Source: Thalia democratica | Taxonomy: Eukaryota | Reading direction: 5' to 3' | Length of the DNA stretch: 64,000 nucleotides | NCBI GenBank assembly: GCA_965202585.1 | Contig: OZ241832.1 | Span: 46,128,001 to 46,192,000 of the forward strand | Shown here: positions 27,801 to 39,052 of the stretch, one piece after another | How the letters are laid out: every line of letters starts with the position of its first letter | Numbering within the stretch: the stretch's first letter is position 1 | Position numbers and translations under genes: made by a program | Notes under the pieces: model-generated | What the model was told of the DNA's origin: nothing | What the model saw: only the letters and a program-made list of their open reading frames with translations | Databases searched by the model: none

Positions 27801-30800
27801 TGTTTTTATCTACAAAGTTGTAATCATTTAGTTATTTTAAAAGTTTAAATGTCGATAATTGAAAAAAACAGAATTTAGCTTAAACTTTCCATAATAAAGT
27901 CTTTTTAAACCTTGCCAACTAAATAATTTTATAAGCAGAAAATTCAGCTAAAAAAGCATAAAAAAGTAAGTGAAATATTATACAACTGAATACAACTGAA
28001 ATATTGTGTTTGAATATTTGCATTTTGAAATGCTATCAATTGAATAGTTGTATTTGATAAATGTCAGAACTTAAACTATTATGGTTTGAATTATCGAATT
28101 TAGATTGTTGTACTTTAAATCGTCGTGCATCCACTATGTATATAAATATATGGTTGACACCTGTAAAAAAAGTCAGGCTTACTTTTTTAGAAATTTCTTC
28201 CAGATTTTCGAAAGTACAAGTTTTCTAGTTTATTTTTTCTTTTAAATTAAGTTTAAGGTAAAAAAATGTTGAGATGGTATAAAAATATTAAAAACATACT
28301 GCAATGCTACTTTTAAATGTGTTTTGTATAATGTCAAATTAAAAGTAATTTTAAATAATATTGTTGTTTGTAATAGTTATTTCTTGTCAAGTTTAAGTTT
28401 AATTTTTTAACTAGAACTTAAAGTTTCAGGTGTTTCTTTTTTTTAAATCAAATTTAAGGTTTTTCTGTTTTTAAAATCCAAGTTGAATGGTTACCCTGTC
28501 AGTTTTTACAAAAAAAATTATTGATTTTCTTTTAGACACATTTTTTAATAGATATTACTTTTTTTTTCTAAATCACTCTAGTGAAATTATTAAAAAAAAA
28601 CAATGTACGTTTAGCTATAAATTGTATTTTTTTCTGTTGATATTGCATTGATTATTATGATTGAAATAAATAGTGAGAGTAATATAAGTTTTGTGTTTCT
28701 ACTAGATTGAAGTCGTAATAGTTGAAATTTTTGATTCGTAAGTTAAACTTTTGTTTAGTTTTTATTGTAACGAACTTTGAGTAAAAATACTCATCAGTAA
28801 ATTTTGTAAGTTTATCTTTAAATAGAAATTTTTCTACATTATCTAGTTGACCAATGGTTTAAGGAAGAATAAAAATGTATTTTGTTCTATTGATTAAAAA
28901 AAATACTTTCTGTAAATTTCCATACTTAACATAAAATTATATATTACATATTATTGATTATTGAAATAAGTATATAATTTATTATGTAAAAAATACCTTG
29001 AAAAAAAAGTTAAAATTAAAACTATAAAAAAACTTCATTCACTTCAACTTCGGCTATCACCCTTACTTATTATTTAAATAAGATTTTTTATTCCAGCTTG
29101 AGCAGATGCCAGTCGCACCCGGTGCCTCACTTGCTGTTCGAAGTTGCCAAGTTGCTCGCCTCGGTTCCCCTCAACAACGACGTCACCACCGTCATGACCA
29201 AACCCATCCACGTCGATTCGTCCAACGACGACGAGATAACGAGCGTCTCTTCGCACGCTTCCAACAGCCAATCAAATCACAGAACGAACCATGTGGGCGG
29301 ACGGGCTACAGATTCAAGCTCACCTAAAGTAAAAATATTTGTTTTTATTTGTTTAGTATTTGGAGTTGATTATTTATTGGTGAACTAATTTTAGAAACTT
29401 CTTAACCCTTGAACTAAGCATTTCATAAAAATCCTTAGCTTGTTTAAAGATAGTAATGTAGTGTTTGAAAAAAGTTTTATTTGTTTAAATAGTATGTTCA
29501 AGAACTTTCTCAACTTTTCTCGATTAAAGTATATAAATTATTAATATTTATTAAAAAATAATTCTTAAAAAAAAGTCTTATGAAACCTCTACTCTTGTTT
29601 TGTTGTTATCTTTAAAGAAAACTACAAAAAGAGTGGCAACCCAGAAAAGCACGAATGTTTATAAGTTTAAAAAATGAATGGAAATAGTGTATTGCACTCG
29701 GGTGTATTTTTTGACAAAGTTTGTGTATGTCCAATTTGTATTAAACTCAGTCATTAAATGTTATTTCAAAGTAAGAAATATTATACTGCTGTATATATAT
29801 ACTTTTATAGATCATATAGACGACTATGATAAATAGTTCTAAAGTGAGCATAAAAAAAATGTCTACGCAATTTTTGAAAAAGTTTTTATTTTGGTCATTT
29901 TTTATAACAAAAATACTAAAAATAATCAAAAAGTAAGATAAGTTTTTAAGTATTTCGGACATAAAATATTTTTTTATAAACTCAAGCTATATAGCATTTT
30001 TATGATTTAAAAAACTCAAGATTTCCATCAAAAACTTATATAAAAATCAGATAATTAGAGCTGTTTCTGAACTTCAAAAAATAATGCATAACAATTAAAA
30101 ACTTTAAGAGTCTTAAATAAAGTCAATTCTGTTTTGATTCATGTGTTTTTATGTATATTGTTAGGATGAACGAAAAAGAAATCAAAGTAATATCGAAAAA
30201 TGGACTGCGTATTTAGTTTTGTGCTTGCAGGTTTGTGCTTAGGCTTGCTGTGGAATTTACACTGCCCATTAATACAATTAGTTTGCCGTAAAACAAAACT
30301 TGATTCGATTAAATTATATTGAATTTAATAAAGTGTGGTTACTGTTTTTTTTTTGTAATTAATTAATTTAAAAATAATACCAGCTTTGTAGTTTGCTATC
30401 TTTTTGTAAAACCAGTGTGTTAATTTACGTGTCTATATATAGTGTTTTAGACACTGAAAACAATATGGAAAATGTTGCCATATTTTAATTCAATATTTAA
30501 GCAAAAGAAGTTAAGGCTAAATGAATTTTCTTAAGTGTGTTGGTTAATTCATTTTTTGTTTTTATGATTTTTTGATCTAGTTATAAGCTTTTTTATGTTT
30601 TTAAAACAGGGTTGCCAAAAAACCTATAAACACCTGGAATTTGACAATTTAGGCAAGAAAACCTGGAATTTAAGTAATTTTGGAAAAAAAACCTGGAATT
30701 TTAAACAAAAACCACTGAAAAATCTAGAATTTCAAGCATTTTTACATCTAAAATAACACCTAGATACAACAAATCTATCAAATAAATATAATTTTTTGTT

Positions 30801-33248
30801 TTAATTTTGCTGATAGAACTTTTAAAATAGCATTACAGTATCTTTTCAATACTTTTATACCATTTAAGACCTTAAGTTTAATTTTATTCTAAAAATAGAC
30901 TAAAAACTTGTACTTTCAAAAACCTAAAAGAAATTTTGAAAGCCTGAAAAAAAACCTCAGGCAACCCTGTTAAAATAGTCTGACTTACCTTATTTTTACA
31001 GATTATGTAAATTGTAAATATTATTAATAATTAATTGTTTTTACAGAATTTCAAAAAAGGTTGGAAACGTAAAAGCCCAGCTCACAGAAGGAAAGAAAAC
31101 AAGCAGCAACAATCGCCTCAGCAGCCCGAAACAAAACCAAAAGAAGCGGCCGTTCTCACTAAAGTCTTGCGTTGTGACAATGCAGCAGATTTGAATGACG
31201 TCGTCACGGGATCTCTGCTGTCTATGACGTCACAGGACTCAGCGGTAGCACATAACAATGTAGCCCAAGCAGTTGCAGCATATCAGGCTTGCGGAGACCT
31301 TGTTCAATCTAGCCATAGGTATGTACAATACAGTTTTAGTTTTTCTGTATAAGTTTTTTTCACAGGTTATGGTTGTCAGGGTTGCCACTTTTCCTGGAAA
31401 AACCTGGAGTTCTACAATTTAGGCAAAAATAACCTGGAAAAACCTGGAATTTGAGAAATTTTGAAAAAAAACTGGAAAAACCTGGAATTTTGATCAAAAA
31501 TCCTGTAAAAACCTGGAATTTTGATTAATTTTAACATCTCCAGTGGTAAAATTTTGATTTGACACAAAAAATCTATCATATAAACAAGATTTTATTGTCA
31601 TCATCAAAAATTTTTTTTATTAAAAAACACATTTAAAGTAACTTTACAGTATTTTTTCAATGTTTTTATACTATTTAACACAGTTTCTTATATAGAAATT
31701 AACTTAAAACTAAAAATAGACTTAGAAATGTGTACTTTTAAAAACCTGGAAGAAATATGGAAAACCTGGAAAAAAATTTGAAAAAACGAGTGGCAACCCT
31801 GGGTTGTATCATATACTAAACTTTTTTAAACGTACTAATTTTATGACATATTTAAAGTTATAAAAAGTATATTCCATTTCTCATATGCCAAGCTTACAAC
31901 TAATAAAAATATGTATACTACCTTAAATGCTAAACTAATTTTGTCAGCGGAACTATGTGTTTTAAATCTAACTTTTTGTTGTTATAAAAGCAAAATGTGT
32001 CCTATAATGATAGCTCCAATCTTTTATAAACATTTACAGTGCAAATTATGAAGATGATTTCCTAGCATACTTAGATCCTTGTAACCAAGTCGCGCAGTTT
32101 ACTCGTAAACAACCAAATACAGCTGCTATGAACCGTGCATTTAAAGATGACAACGAATCTAGCTTAAAGCTCCATCAATCTACATCATCAGGTCAGTTTT
32201 TAACAGTTGAAAATTTTACTGCTTGAATTAAACGCGTGTACTTTTTACTACAGCAAACTCCGTGGTAAGTCCCAACACCAGAGCGTCAACTCCTGGTCCA
32301 GGACCAAGCAGTAATCGGTACGAAATGGTCCGAAAACGAGGTCACAGCCGCAACTTGTCCGACGGTCGCCAACCCATATCGCTTGATTATGCTGCAAAAG
32401 TGCTGCAAACGCACAAAACTCCAGCCGAACGAGGTTATTTATTAAATTCTTTTTTAGTAATTTTCACTTTATAAGATGATTTGAATAATGTATTAATACT
32501 TATAACTATTTTAACAGCAAAGGAAGCGAGCCAAGACCCAGAACTCTGTCGTCTTCCGGCACCGGAAGCTCGCAGGGCTCGAAAGAAGTCTGAAATAAAA
32601 ATTGAAGACGTCGAGCGGCCCAACTCTCTTGCCATATCGATAGCGAGACCAAGACCGAACCAGCAAGTTCAGCCCGTTAAGATTTGTTACAACCAATCAG
32701 TGAGTAGAACCGACGAGAAAAATCAAAAGCAGTTAGTGAGTCCGGAAAGAAACCAAAATAAACTGTATCACAATAACAGTTTGCAAAATTACGAAATAAA
32801 TAATCAGTTTCAACCACAACAGCATAATATACAGATGTCTAATAATAACTACAATCAAAATTTTAAGCCAATTCAAATGGTTTCTAAAACGAACATGAAC
32901 GTGCATACTCATACTGCCGACCACTTAAACTACCAACAGAAAATTGCTTCTTCCCTCCCTTACAACCAATCACGACAACCTGTCTTACCTGCGACAATGA
33001 ATAACGATCCTTTTGACATTGAGTTCCCCCAAGCTACGTTGAACAAAAGCCTGAAGAAAGCAGAGCCTTTGGAGTCTCAGTCGCCTATTGCAAAAAGTTC
33101 AGGTCAGAAATCTACGTTTGGCGTATCTTTACTTGATACTCCTATGGGGGAGGATAAAGACATTCGGCCTGCCATAACCACCCAACAGCTTTCGTCTCAA
33201 CTTCAGAAAGTCACGTTTGCAGACCTTGAAAAGGAGTTTCTTTCGTGA
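5881..33248 (+). CDS. MLK: Mixed-lineage kinase (MAP3K9/10/11/21 family), 14-exon gene model
   Basis: N-terminal SH3 (FDYQAKNDDELTL...SGDEGWWAGKIG), kinase (GFGGFG, VAVK, HRDLKSSN, DFG, APE, DVWS, CW...RPSF), coiled-coil zipper and CRIB (ISEPSDFRH). GT-AG exons joined in frame: 5881-6805, 9465-9651, 14038-14186, 20849-21024, 22001-22250, 23606-23737, 25177-25287, 26704-26821, 29097-29328, 30165-30230, 31047-31318, 32040-32191, 32254-32433, 32518-33248. Confidence 0.93.
9465..9651 (+). CDS. MLK: MLK exon 2: DFG to APE to DVWS
   Basis: ACAG| acceptor; reads VLIKEPIEEDCEDLWNKTMKIADFGLARQTDITEEFTMGGTMAFMAPESIIKQKFSRFTDVWS; donor AG|GTAAAT. Confidence 0.95.
10134..11365. mobile_element. CAGGGTTGCCA-family TIR element (hAT-like ends, 6-bp TSD) with a nested insertion
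   Basis: TIR CAGGGTTGCCAC / GTGGCAACCCTA; 6-bp direct repeat AACAGA on both sides; matches the intact copy 31377-31801 once 10440-11292 is removed. Confidence 0.85.
10440..11292. mobile_element. Nested pogo-type non-autonomous element
   Basis: TA-CAGTAAAATCTCGCATCTTTACGCAC ... GTGCGTAAATAAGCGAGAGGTTAATG-TA; repeated TTACGCA subterminal motifs. Confidence 0.75.
12322..12868. mobile_element. Kolobok-type palindromic MITE
   Basis: TTAA TSD; TIR GGGCATAGGGG / CCCCTATGCCC (purine ends, unlike piggyBac CCY); arms mirror each other over most of the length. Confidence 0.8.
14038..14186 (+). CDS. MLK: MLK exon 3
   Basis: TTTTAG| acceptor; SYGVMLWEMLTGDQPYKDMEMQRICFGIGHNKLTLPIPNGCPDHLKELLQ; donor GTTAGT. 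Confidence 0.95.
15063..15295. mobile_element. hAT MITE nested in the hAT transposon
   Basis: CAGGGTTTTCTAAA ... TTTGTGAACCCTG with perfect 8-bp TSD CTTTAAAA. Confidence 0.88.
15410..17330 (-). pseudogene. hAT transposase pseudogene
   Basis: BED-finger remnant (...KHLNSKH) near 17200-17290; QDVETRWNSTYLML; VDPRY; hATC dimerisation motif RYLSVPPSSVYSEMLF.EASNLYEQKRNRLLPKTAEKLL near 15445-15560; many stops and frameshifts. Confidence 0.9.
18369..19078. mobile_element. Kolobok-type non-autonomous element
   Basis: TTAA TSD (18365-18368, 19079-19082); TIR GGCCATAGGG / CCCTATGGCC; interior related to 12322-12868. Confidence 0.8.
20849..21024 (+). CDS. MLK: MLK exon 4: kinase end and first zipper
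   Basis: AACAG| acceptor; QCWSKEPHMRPSF...MQENWKVEVKSIIEDLRVKEQ; donor GTTGGT. Confidence 0.95.
22001..22250 (+). CDS. MLK: MLK exon 5: second zipper, basic region, CRIB start
   Basis: TGCAG| acceptor; RLFEEYEEIQKEQ...KPRPPKRLGKFKRSKLLKLGGISEPS; donor GTATTA. Confidence 0.92.
23606..23737 (+). CDS. MLK: MLK exon 6: CRIB end
   Basis: CACAG| acceptor; DFRHRQTVKVTDLEGSSP...; completes the CRIB ISEPS/DFRH; donor GTACGT. Confidence 0.9.
25177..25287 (+). CDS. MLK: MLK exon 7
   Basis: TTTAG| acceptor, 111 nt, phase 1-1, open (NPPQELENN...TAEKPS); donor GTTAGC. Confidence 0.8.
26704..26821 (+). CDS. MLK: MLK exon 8
   Basis: TTTTCAG| acceptor, 118 nt, phase 1-2, open (ESNKDEK...SKEN); donor GTAAAT. 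Confidence 0.8.
29097..29328 (+). CDS. MLK: MLK exon 9
   Basis: TTCCAG| acceptor, phase 2-0, same frame as ORF 29098; donor GTAAAA. Confidence 0.82.
30165..30230 (+). CDS. MLK: MLK candidate exon 10 (66 nt, symmetric, possibly optional)
   Basis: TGTTAG| acceptor, DERKRNQSNIEKWTAYLVLCLQ, CAG|GTTTGT donor; phase 0-0, so the frame holds with or without it. Confidence 0.5.
30607..30969. mobile_element. CAGGGTTGCCA-family MITE
   Basis: TIR CAGGGTTGCC / GGCAACCCTG; 6-bp TSD TTAAAA; AAAACCTGGAA subterminal repeats. Confidence 0.88.
31047..31318 (+). CDS. MLK: MLK exon 11
   Basis: TTACAG| acceptor, frame of ORF 31035, phase 0-2; donor AG|GTATGT. Confidence 0.85.
31377..31801. mobile_element. CAGGGTTGCCA-family MITE (intact copy)
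   Basis: Perfect 12-bp TIR CAGGGTTGCCAC; 6-bp TSD GGTTGT; many AAAACCTGGAA repeats. Confidence 0.9.
32040..32191 (+). CDS. MLK: MLK exon 12
   Basis: TTTACAG| acceptor, phase 2-1, open (ANYEDDFLAYLDP...STSS); donor GTCAGT. Confidence 0.82.
32254..32433 (+). CDS. MLK: MLK exon 13
   Basis: TACAG| acceptor, 180 nt, phase 1-1, frame of ORF 32262 (RGHSRNLSDG); donor GTTATT. Confidence 0.85.
32518..33248 (+). CDS. MLK: MLK terminal exon
   Basis: TTAACAG| acceptor in the frame of ORF 32481..33248; ends TFADLEKEFLS-stop. Confidence 0.85.
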
Positions 33249-35323
33249 TTTCAAGAACTAAATAGTTTAATTAGACTGAAGCTGAACTAGCTTTAGCGGT
33301 ATTAAGAAAGATGCAGGCTATGGAAAGATTTTTCCTGAATATTTTCTTAAAGTTTATCATTTAATAGGTACCTCTTAGTAACAAACTATAACGAGCTCAT
33401 ATAACTAATTTAAACTTAATATGAACTTTTCTATCACTTGATAAATTATCTCCAAACTATTGAAAATATTGTGTTTTAACTTAAACTGTGTTTGATAAGG
33501 TATTTTAGCAAATTTTTTTAGCAATTCCTGTTTAAATTGAATTATATTTTTTTTAGACTAACAGCTTCTATGTATTTTACATTTTTAAGTTTTTACTAAA
33601 CAAATGCGACTGCTTGCAAGTGTTTTAGAAATATCATGACTAATTTGTTTTTAATATTCTAAAAAATTTGCAATTAGGATTACATATAAAAATTTTCATT
33701 ATTTTAACCAAAAATAAATTAATCTTAACAGGTTTTAGATATTTTTTTTACTGTAAAAACTCAGTCAAAATCTAGAGTTAATTATCTTTATTTTTTTTAT
33801 AATATATTAGACAAGTTTAAACACTTTAAGTGTTTGACTTAAATAAAGATTTGTTCATTTCTAAGATTATGTGTATCTTTTCTTAAAATAGTAAGCCTCA
33901 CGATTTGTGCGGCAAAAATGTTTCTAAAACAGTAAAAAAGCATGTAATTTATTTGTTTTTTTTTTCCTTGCATAAAACGTGTTGTCTTGCTAAAAGTTTA
34001 AACTAGTTTTGCCTGAAATAACTTGAGTTTAATATTATCGTCTGATTTTTTTGGTTGTTAAAATGTATAATCATAAAACAACTGCTTTTACTGTAATTAA
34101 AAGTAAAGTTTTTAAAATGTTAACTAGTATTTTTCAAGTTTAGTTTCTAACATTTAAGTTATAAAGTTACTTAAACTATCAATATATGACAGTTAGTAAT
34201 TATGTAAATTGGAAACTTGTAACTAAAATTGTTAATAATTAAATTTATTTTTGTGTTTTATTTAAGTATTAAATATTTTTTAGTAGTTTTAAACAAAAAA
34301 ATTAACCTCTATATATATTATGATCTAAAACCTAAATAGAACAATTTTTCTTAATAGAAAAATTTAGTTCCATATTCTATGTATTTCAAAAAAGTATTAA
34401 CTTATTCTTCGTCTGCACTAATTTTAAGATAGCAGTTTGATTTTCTGAAGTAATTTGTGCAAAAACTTTATCAAAATAAATTGCAATATTTAACTAGTTT
34501 TTAGTGTTTTCCGAAAACGTTGTTAATCAAGGTAAAATGTTTGTTTTCAGTGTTTGAATAAGTATTTAAAAATAAAATTTTAGCTAATTAACGTTTGTTA
34601 ATGGTGATATTACTGATGTCAAGTAATTTTGTTTTTTATAGTCTATAATATAAATAGAAAATTATAAATTGTAAATGCATGATAGTTTTTGTATATTGTT
34701 GCTTATTTAAAAAAAAGTTCAATCTTGTGTTCAACTTGTTAGTTTTAAATTATTGTAACCTTGTGCTTATAAATGTTCAAATATTTTATTTTTGCATGTT
34801 AAGTGATTGCTGCTGGCAAATCAAACATGATTCTTGTGTAAAATTTGTTTTTAAAATAAATTTATTACAATCATCTACAAAATATACCTTTTTTAGATTT
34901 ATTTTAAAATTGTGTTTAAGTTGAAAAATTTTTTTTTTAAAGTTATATTAGAGCGTTCAAAAGGTCAGATTGAAAAAAAAATTAAAAGCTTTTAATTGGT
35001 GAAAAAAAACGATAAAATGTTATTTTATTTTCATGAATCTTAAAACTCTCTAGGGCAAAATACTTATTCACGTTATAAAAAAAGGTGTTAAAATAGTTTA
35101 TCATCATAAACTACAAAGACTTTCAGTGGGATAGTATTAATTAAATAGAATAAAAGTCACGGAACAAAGACTCTTTTACTTTGTAGTTTTTATGTTACCT
35201 AAAAATTTTTTTAGTTAATGAAGTACATTTATCTGCCGCGTATTCGCATGTCCTCCGATCAAAAATGCGAAAGTGCACGGCATATGCGAATTTGTGTGAA
35301 TGGTTGGAAATAAGAATTTAAAC

Positions 35324-35421
35324 TAGTGATATATTGAATCCATTATCCGGATGTGGCAGGATATTGTCTTTTTAGATCCGGATCCGGCCGGATCGAAATA
35401 TGTGAATCCGGTAGAACGCTA
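35324..35421. mobile_element. Short derivative of the GATCCGG hAT family
   Basis: TAGTGAT... and ...ATCCGGTAGAACGCTA ends resemble the 14638-18122 TIR; internal GATCCGG; no clear TSD. Similar remnants at about 46990-47125 and 47620-47700. Confidence 0.55.
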
Positions 35422-35557
35422 GCTGAAATACTAAATAAAACAGCTGATTTTAATATATACTGAACAAAACTTTAGTTTTAGGTTTGATAATAATCTATCA
35501 TGTCTTACTTATATTGTTAAAAACATTTAAAAGTTTGTAAAAGCCAAAGTTGGAATA

Positions 35558-36414
35558 ACGAGCGTGAACTTGGCTTGAATGGCTATTTTTGTATTTTTTT
35601 TTTAACCAAACTTTTAAAACCTATTATTTTCAGTTTCTTTAATGCGAACTTGATTTTTTTTTTTCATTCTAAAGAACGTTCTTTTCTTATCTTTTCACAA
35701 TAATTTTTATCGAAATGCGGTTTTAATTTTGTAGTGGGGCCCCTTTAAAAATTTAATGTTTTTTGCATTTTTTCACTTTACAACGTTTTTTTCCAAATTA
35801 TTTTTTTTTATTATACATACATATTTAATTGAGTTTTAAGACGTTATTTTTTTTTTTTCTATTTTTTTTTATAACATATGCTTAAATAAATTTTTCAGAA
35901 AAGTTCAAAATTTGCACGGTTTTGGTTTTTTTTGTTACATGGTTTTATAGCAAAAGTAAATTATTTTTTTAACAAGTTATTTTTAACAGGCTTATATAAT
36001 TAAGTTTTATAACGTTATTATATTTTTTCCCAACTTATTATTATTTTTAAATATATGACCCAAACAAGTTTTACCTAACTTTTGTATTTACGTAATTTGA
36101 GGGATTTCTTGAACAAATGCTAAAAATTTAGGTAAAACTTAAATGGGTTATATATTTGAAAAATGATAATAAGTTGGGAAAAAATATAATAACGTTATAA
36201 AACTTAATTATATAAGTCTGTTAAAAATGGCCCTACTACAAAAGTAAATCCTCAATTCGATGAAAATTATTGTGAAAAGATAAGCAAAAGAACGTTCTTT
36301 AGAATAAAAAAAAGTTCCAAGTTAGCATTAAATAAATTAAAAATAATAGGTTTTAAAGTTCGGTTAAAAAATTATATATACGAAAAACGCTATTCGAGCC
36401 AAAGTAACGCTCGT
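35558..36414. mobile_element. Foldback / MULE-type non-autonomous element
   Basis: Long imperfect inverted arms starting ACGAGCGT; perfect 9-bp TSD GTTGGAATA (35549-35557, 36415-36423). Confidence 0.85.
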
Positions 36415-36534
36415 GTTGGAATATGATAATTAACATTTTACATTAAATTAAAATATTTACAGAAATTTGGAAAACGTAAAAATACTTAATAAAATAATTT
36501 CACATTTATGATGAAATTTCGTAACAACAGCAAG

Positions 36535-37619
36535 CAGGGTTGCCACAAGGTCAGGAAAAACTTTAAAAAATGACAAAAGTCAGGAGAAAATGGGGGTTTT
36601 TAAAAAGAAATTAAGGAAATTTGACAAAGTTTAAAAAATAGTCAGATTTGTCAGTTTGAATATACAAAATTCCAAAGCCTTCAAATGGTAAAATAATTAT
36701 TAAAATTCCTTTAAAGTCAGACTAAAATTGCAAAATTTTCCTAGAAATTTACAAAATTATTTAATTTTCAATGCCTTCATCTGGTATAAGTTAATAAAAT
36801 ATTATTTGTTAAACTGCTAAACTTTTCTATTAACATATTGAACAACTACCCTACTTTGAAACTCTACAAGCAGTTTTTATAAGTTTTTTAGTACTGATGA
36901 TCTGTTGCAAGGACACTTCCATAGTGAAACTGTGATATATACACAAAAGTTTAACAAGCATATTTTTGGAACCAAAGTGTTTTTTGTTTATATAAATAAT
37001 TGAGTTCTTTGTAATTAAGTAGTTCGTTTAGTATTTTATGTAACAAGTTGATGTGTAAACTTTACCTCTATATAGTTTTTTCAGAGTTGTTTAAATTTTT
37101 GAAACAAGTTATCGGAGAGAGGGGACCAGATGAAGGAAACCATATATTCATTAGATGAATAGGTTGAAGTGCTAATAAACAAACGGAGAAAAAAGTTTTT
37201 AGTACATATAATAAAAAAAAAAACAGTGTGTGATTAAAAGTTCCTTATATGTCGTTTCGTTTATTTATTTACATTTATGTTAGGAAATGCTAAAAAATTA
37301 TGTCTTTTTTCAGACAAGCTGTGTTTGTAGGGTAATATTACAAGTATTTTACTGATAGAGCTGTTTATTGCAAGTACATCAATCATACACAGATGGTTCA
37401 AGTAGTGTAATGGTAGTTTGATGATGGAATTCAGCGAAAAAAACTGTTGTTTAAACCTGTATTAAAATTAGATTGAAAGCTTTATATAGTTTCAAGTATT
37501 ATTTATGTATACTAGAATAATTTTAAATTAAGAGTTTGATTTAGAAACGTCAGGAAAATTTTAGTATAAAAACAGGAAAAGTCAGGAAATTTTTCTCAAC
37601 TTGGTATGTGGCAACCATG
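36535..37619. mobile_element. Second subfamily with CAGGGTTGCCAC ends
   Basis: CAGGGTTGCCAC ... GTGGCAACCATG; subterminal AGTCAGGAAA repeats; flanks AGCAAG / ATGCAAG (degenerate 6-bp TSD). Confidence 0.72.
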
Positions 37620-39052
37620 ATGCAAGTAATTTCAATATGTATTTAGTTTTTTGTGCGGAGACATAAACTACTATTCTATAAACTACTTGTAAACTGGCTG
37701 AGTATCTATATTAACAACGAAAATAATTATGCAGAGATTTGTAAAGATTATAAGCTTTAAAATTTTAAATTATTTGTTTACATTAACTTATAGTATATTT
37801 ATTCTTTCAAAAATTTATTTTACAAACTTAACTTATAGTATTATGCTTTTATTTTTACTAAAACGTTAATGACTATAAATTTGACAGACATGCGTTAAAA
37901 AATCTAGACAATTTTGAAGTTTTTTGCAAATATTGAAATTTAATTCAACCAATTGAAATAAAGATATTATCAGAATAACTAAGTTAAGTTATTTACGGTT
38001 TTATTTTGAATTAGTTTTTTTTTTAAACTTGTCAATTAAGTTAGGATAATATTTTTATCTCTTCTAACCGTTTAAAATTTTAATAAAAGAAACTAGGACA
38101 ACTGTTTAAATTTAAAAGGTATTAATTAAAATTGTATGTTTACTTTTATTAAATAAATTCGTTCATCTGATTAACCATTATTAAGTAAATTTACTTTCTT
38201 CTTCTTCGTTTTGAAGCATTTATCGATTATTACAATAAATAACTAATTTTATTTAAAAACAAAAATGCTGAAAGAAATTTTGGGCCAAGAACCTGGGTCT
38301 ACGAAAAGAATGATATATAATGAAACATTGAAGTGACGTGTTTGCTTGTTTCTAAACTTATCAAGTTTAAGCATTCTATTAAATAGAAACAATACCCGTT
38401 AGTTTTAATTTGTTGGAAATGAAATAGTATTTATTAACGGTAAAAAAAATCAACAGTTTAATGGTTCCTGTTTGTACCGAACTATTTTTTTTTATGAGTT
38501 AAAGTTTGTCAGACGGATAAAGTTTGAAATACTGCTTATGCTGTTTTAGTAAAAATTTGTAATTTAAACACATGGTTATAACAGATTAAACAGAGCAATC
38601 AATAAATTCTAAGAACCGTAGTTTGACAATCCGTTCAGCAATTAAACTTAATAATTGTCTAAATTTGTTATTAGTGATTTTCAGGTGTATAAGTTTTTCA
38701 AAAGTAAAAAAAAAAAATTAACCTCGAAAAATTGTTGTGTCGTTAGAAAAGTTTAATAGTTGACTTACTACTCTAATTCTGTGTTCTAACTTAGCTATCA
38801 GTTGTACAATTTTAAGTTATCCAAGCTAATAAAACTGTACAGCTAAGTTCTTGATGTTTATTCAAAAACCAAATAAAAAGCCAAACAATAAAACCAAAAT
38901 ATAATATAAAAACCAATTTTTAGAAATTTTAAGTAAAGTTTTTATTTCTAACTACGTTATAAAAGCTTTTATATTATCTTAAACAGACTTAGACTGTGTT
39001 TTATATCTAAGATTATTTAAAAGATTATAGAAGATTATATTATATATTCTAA

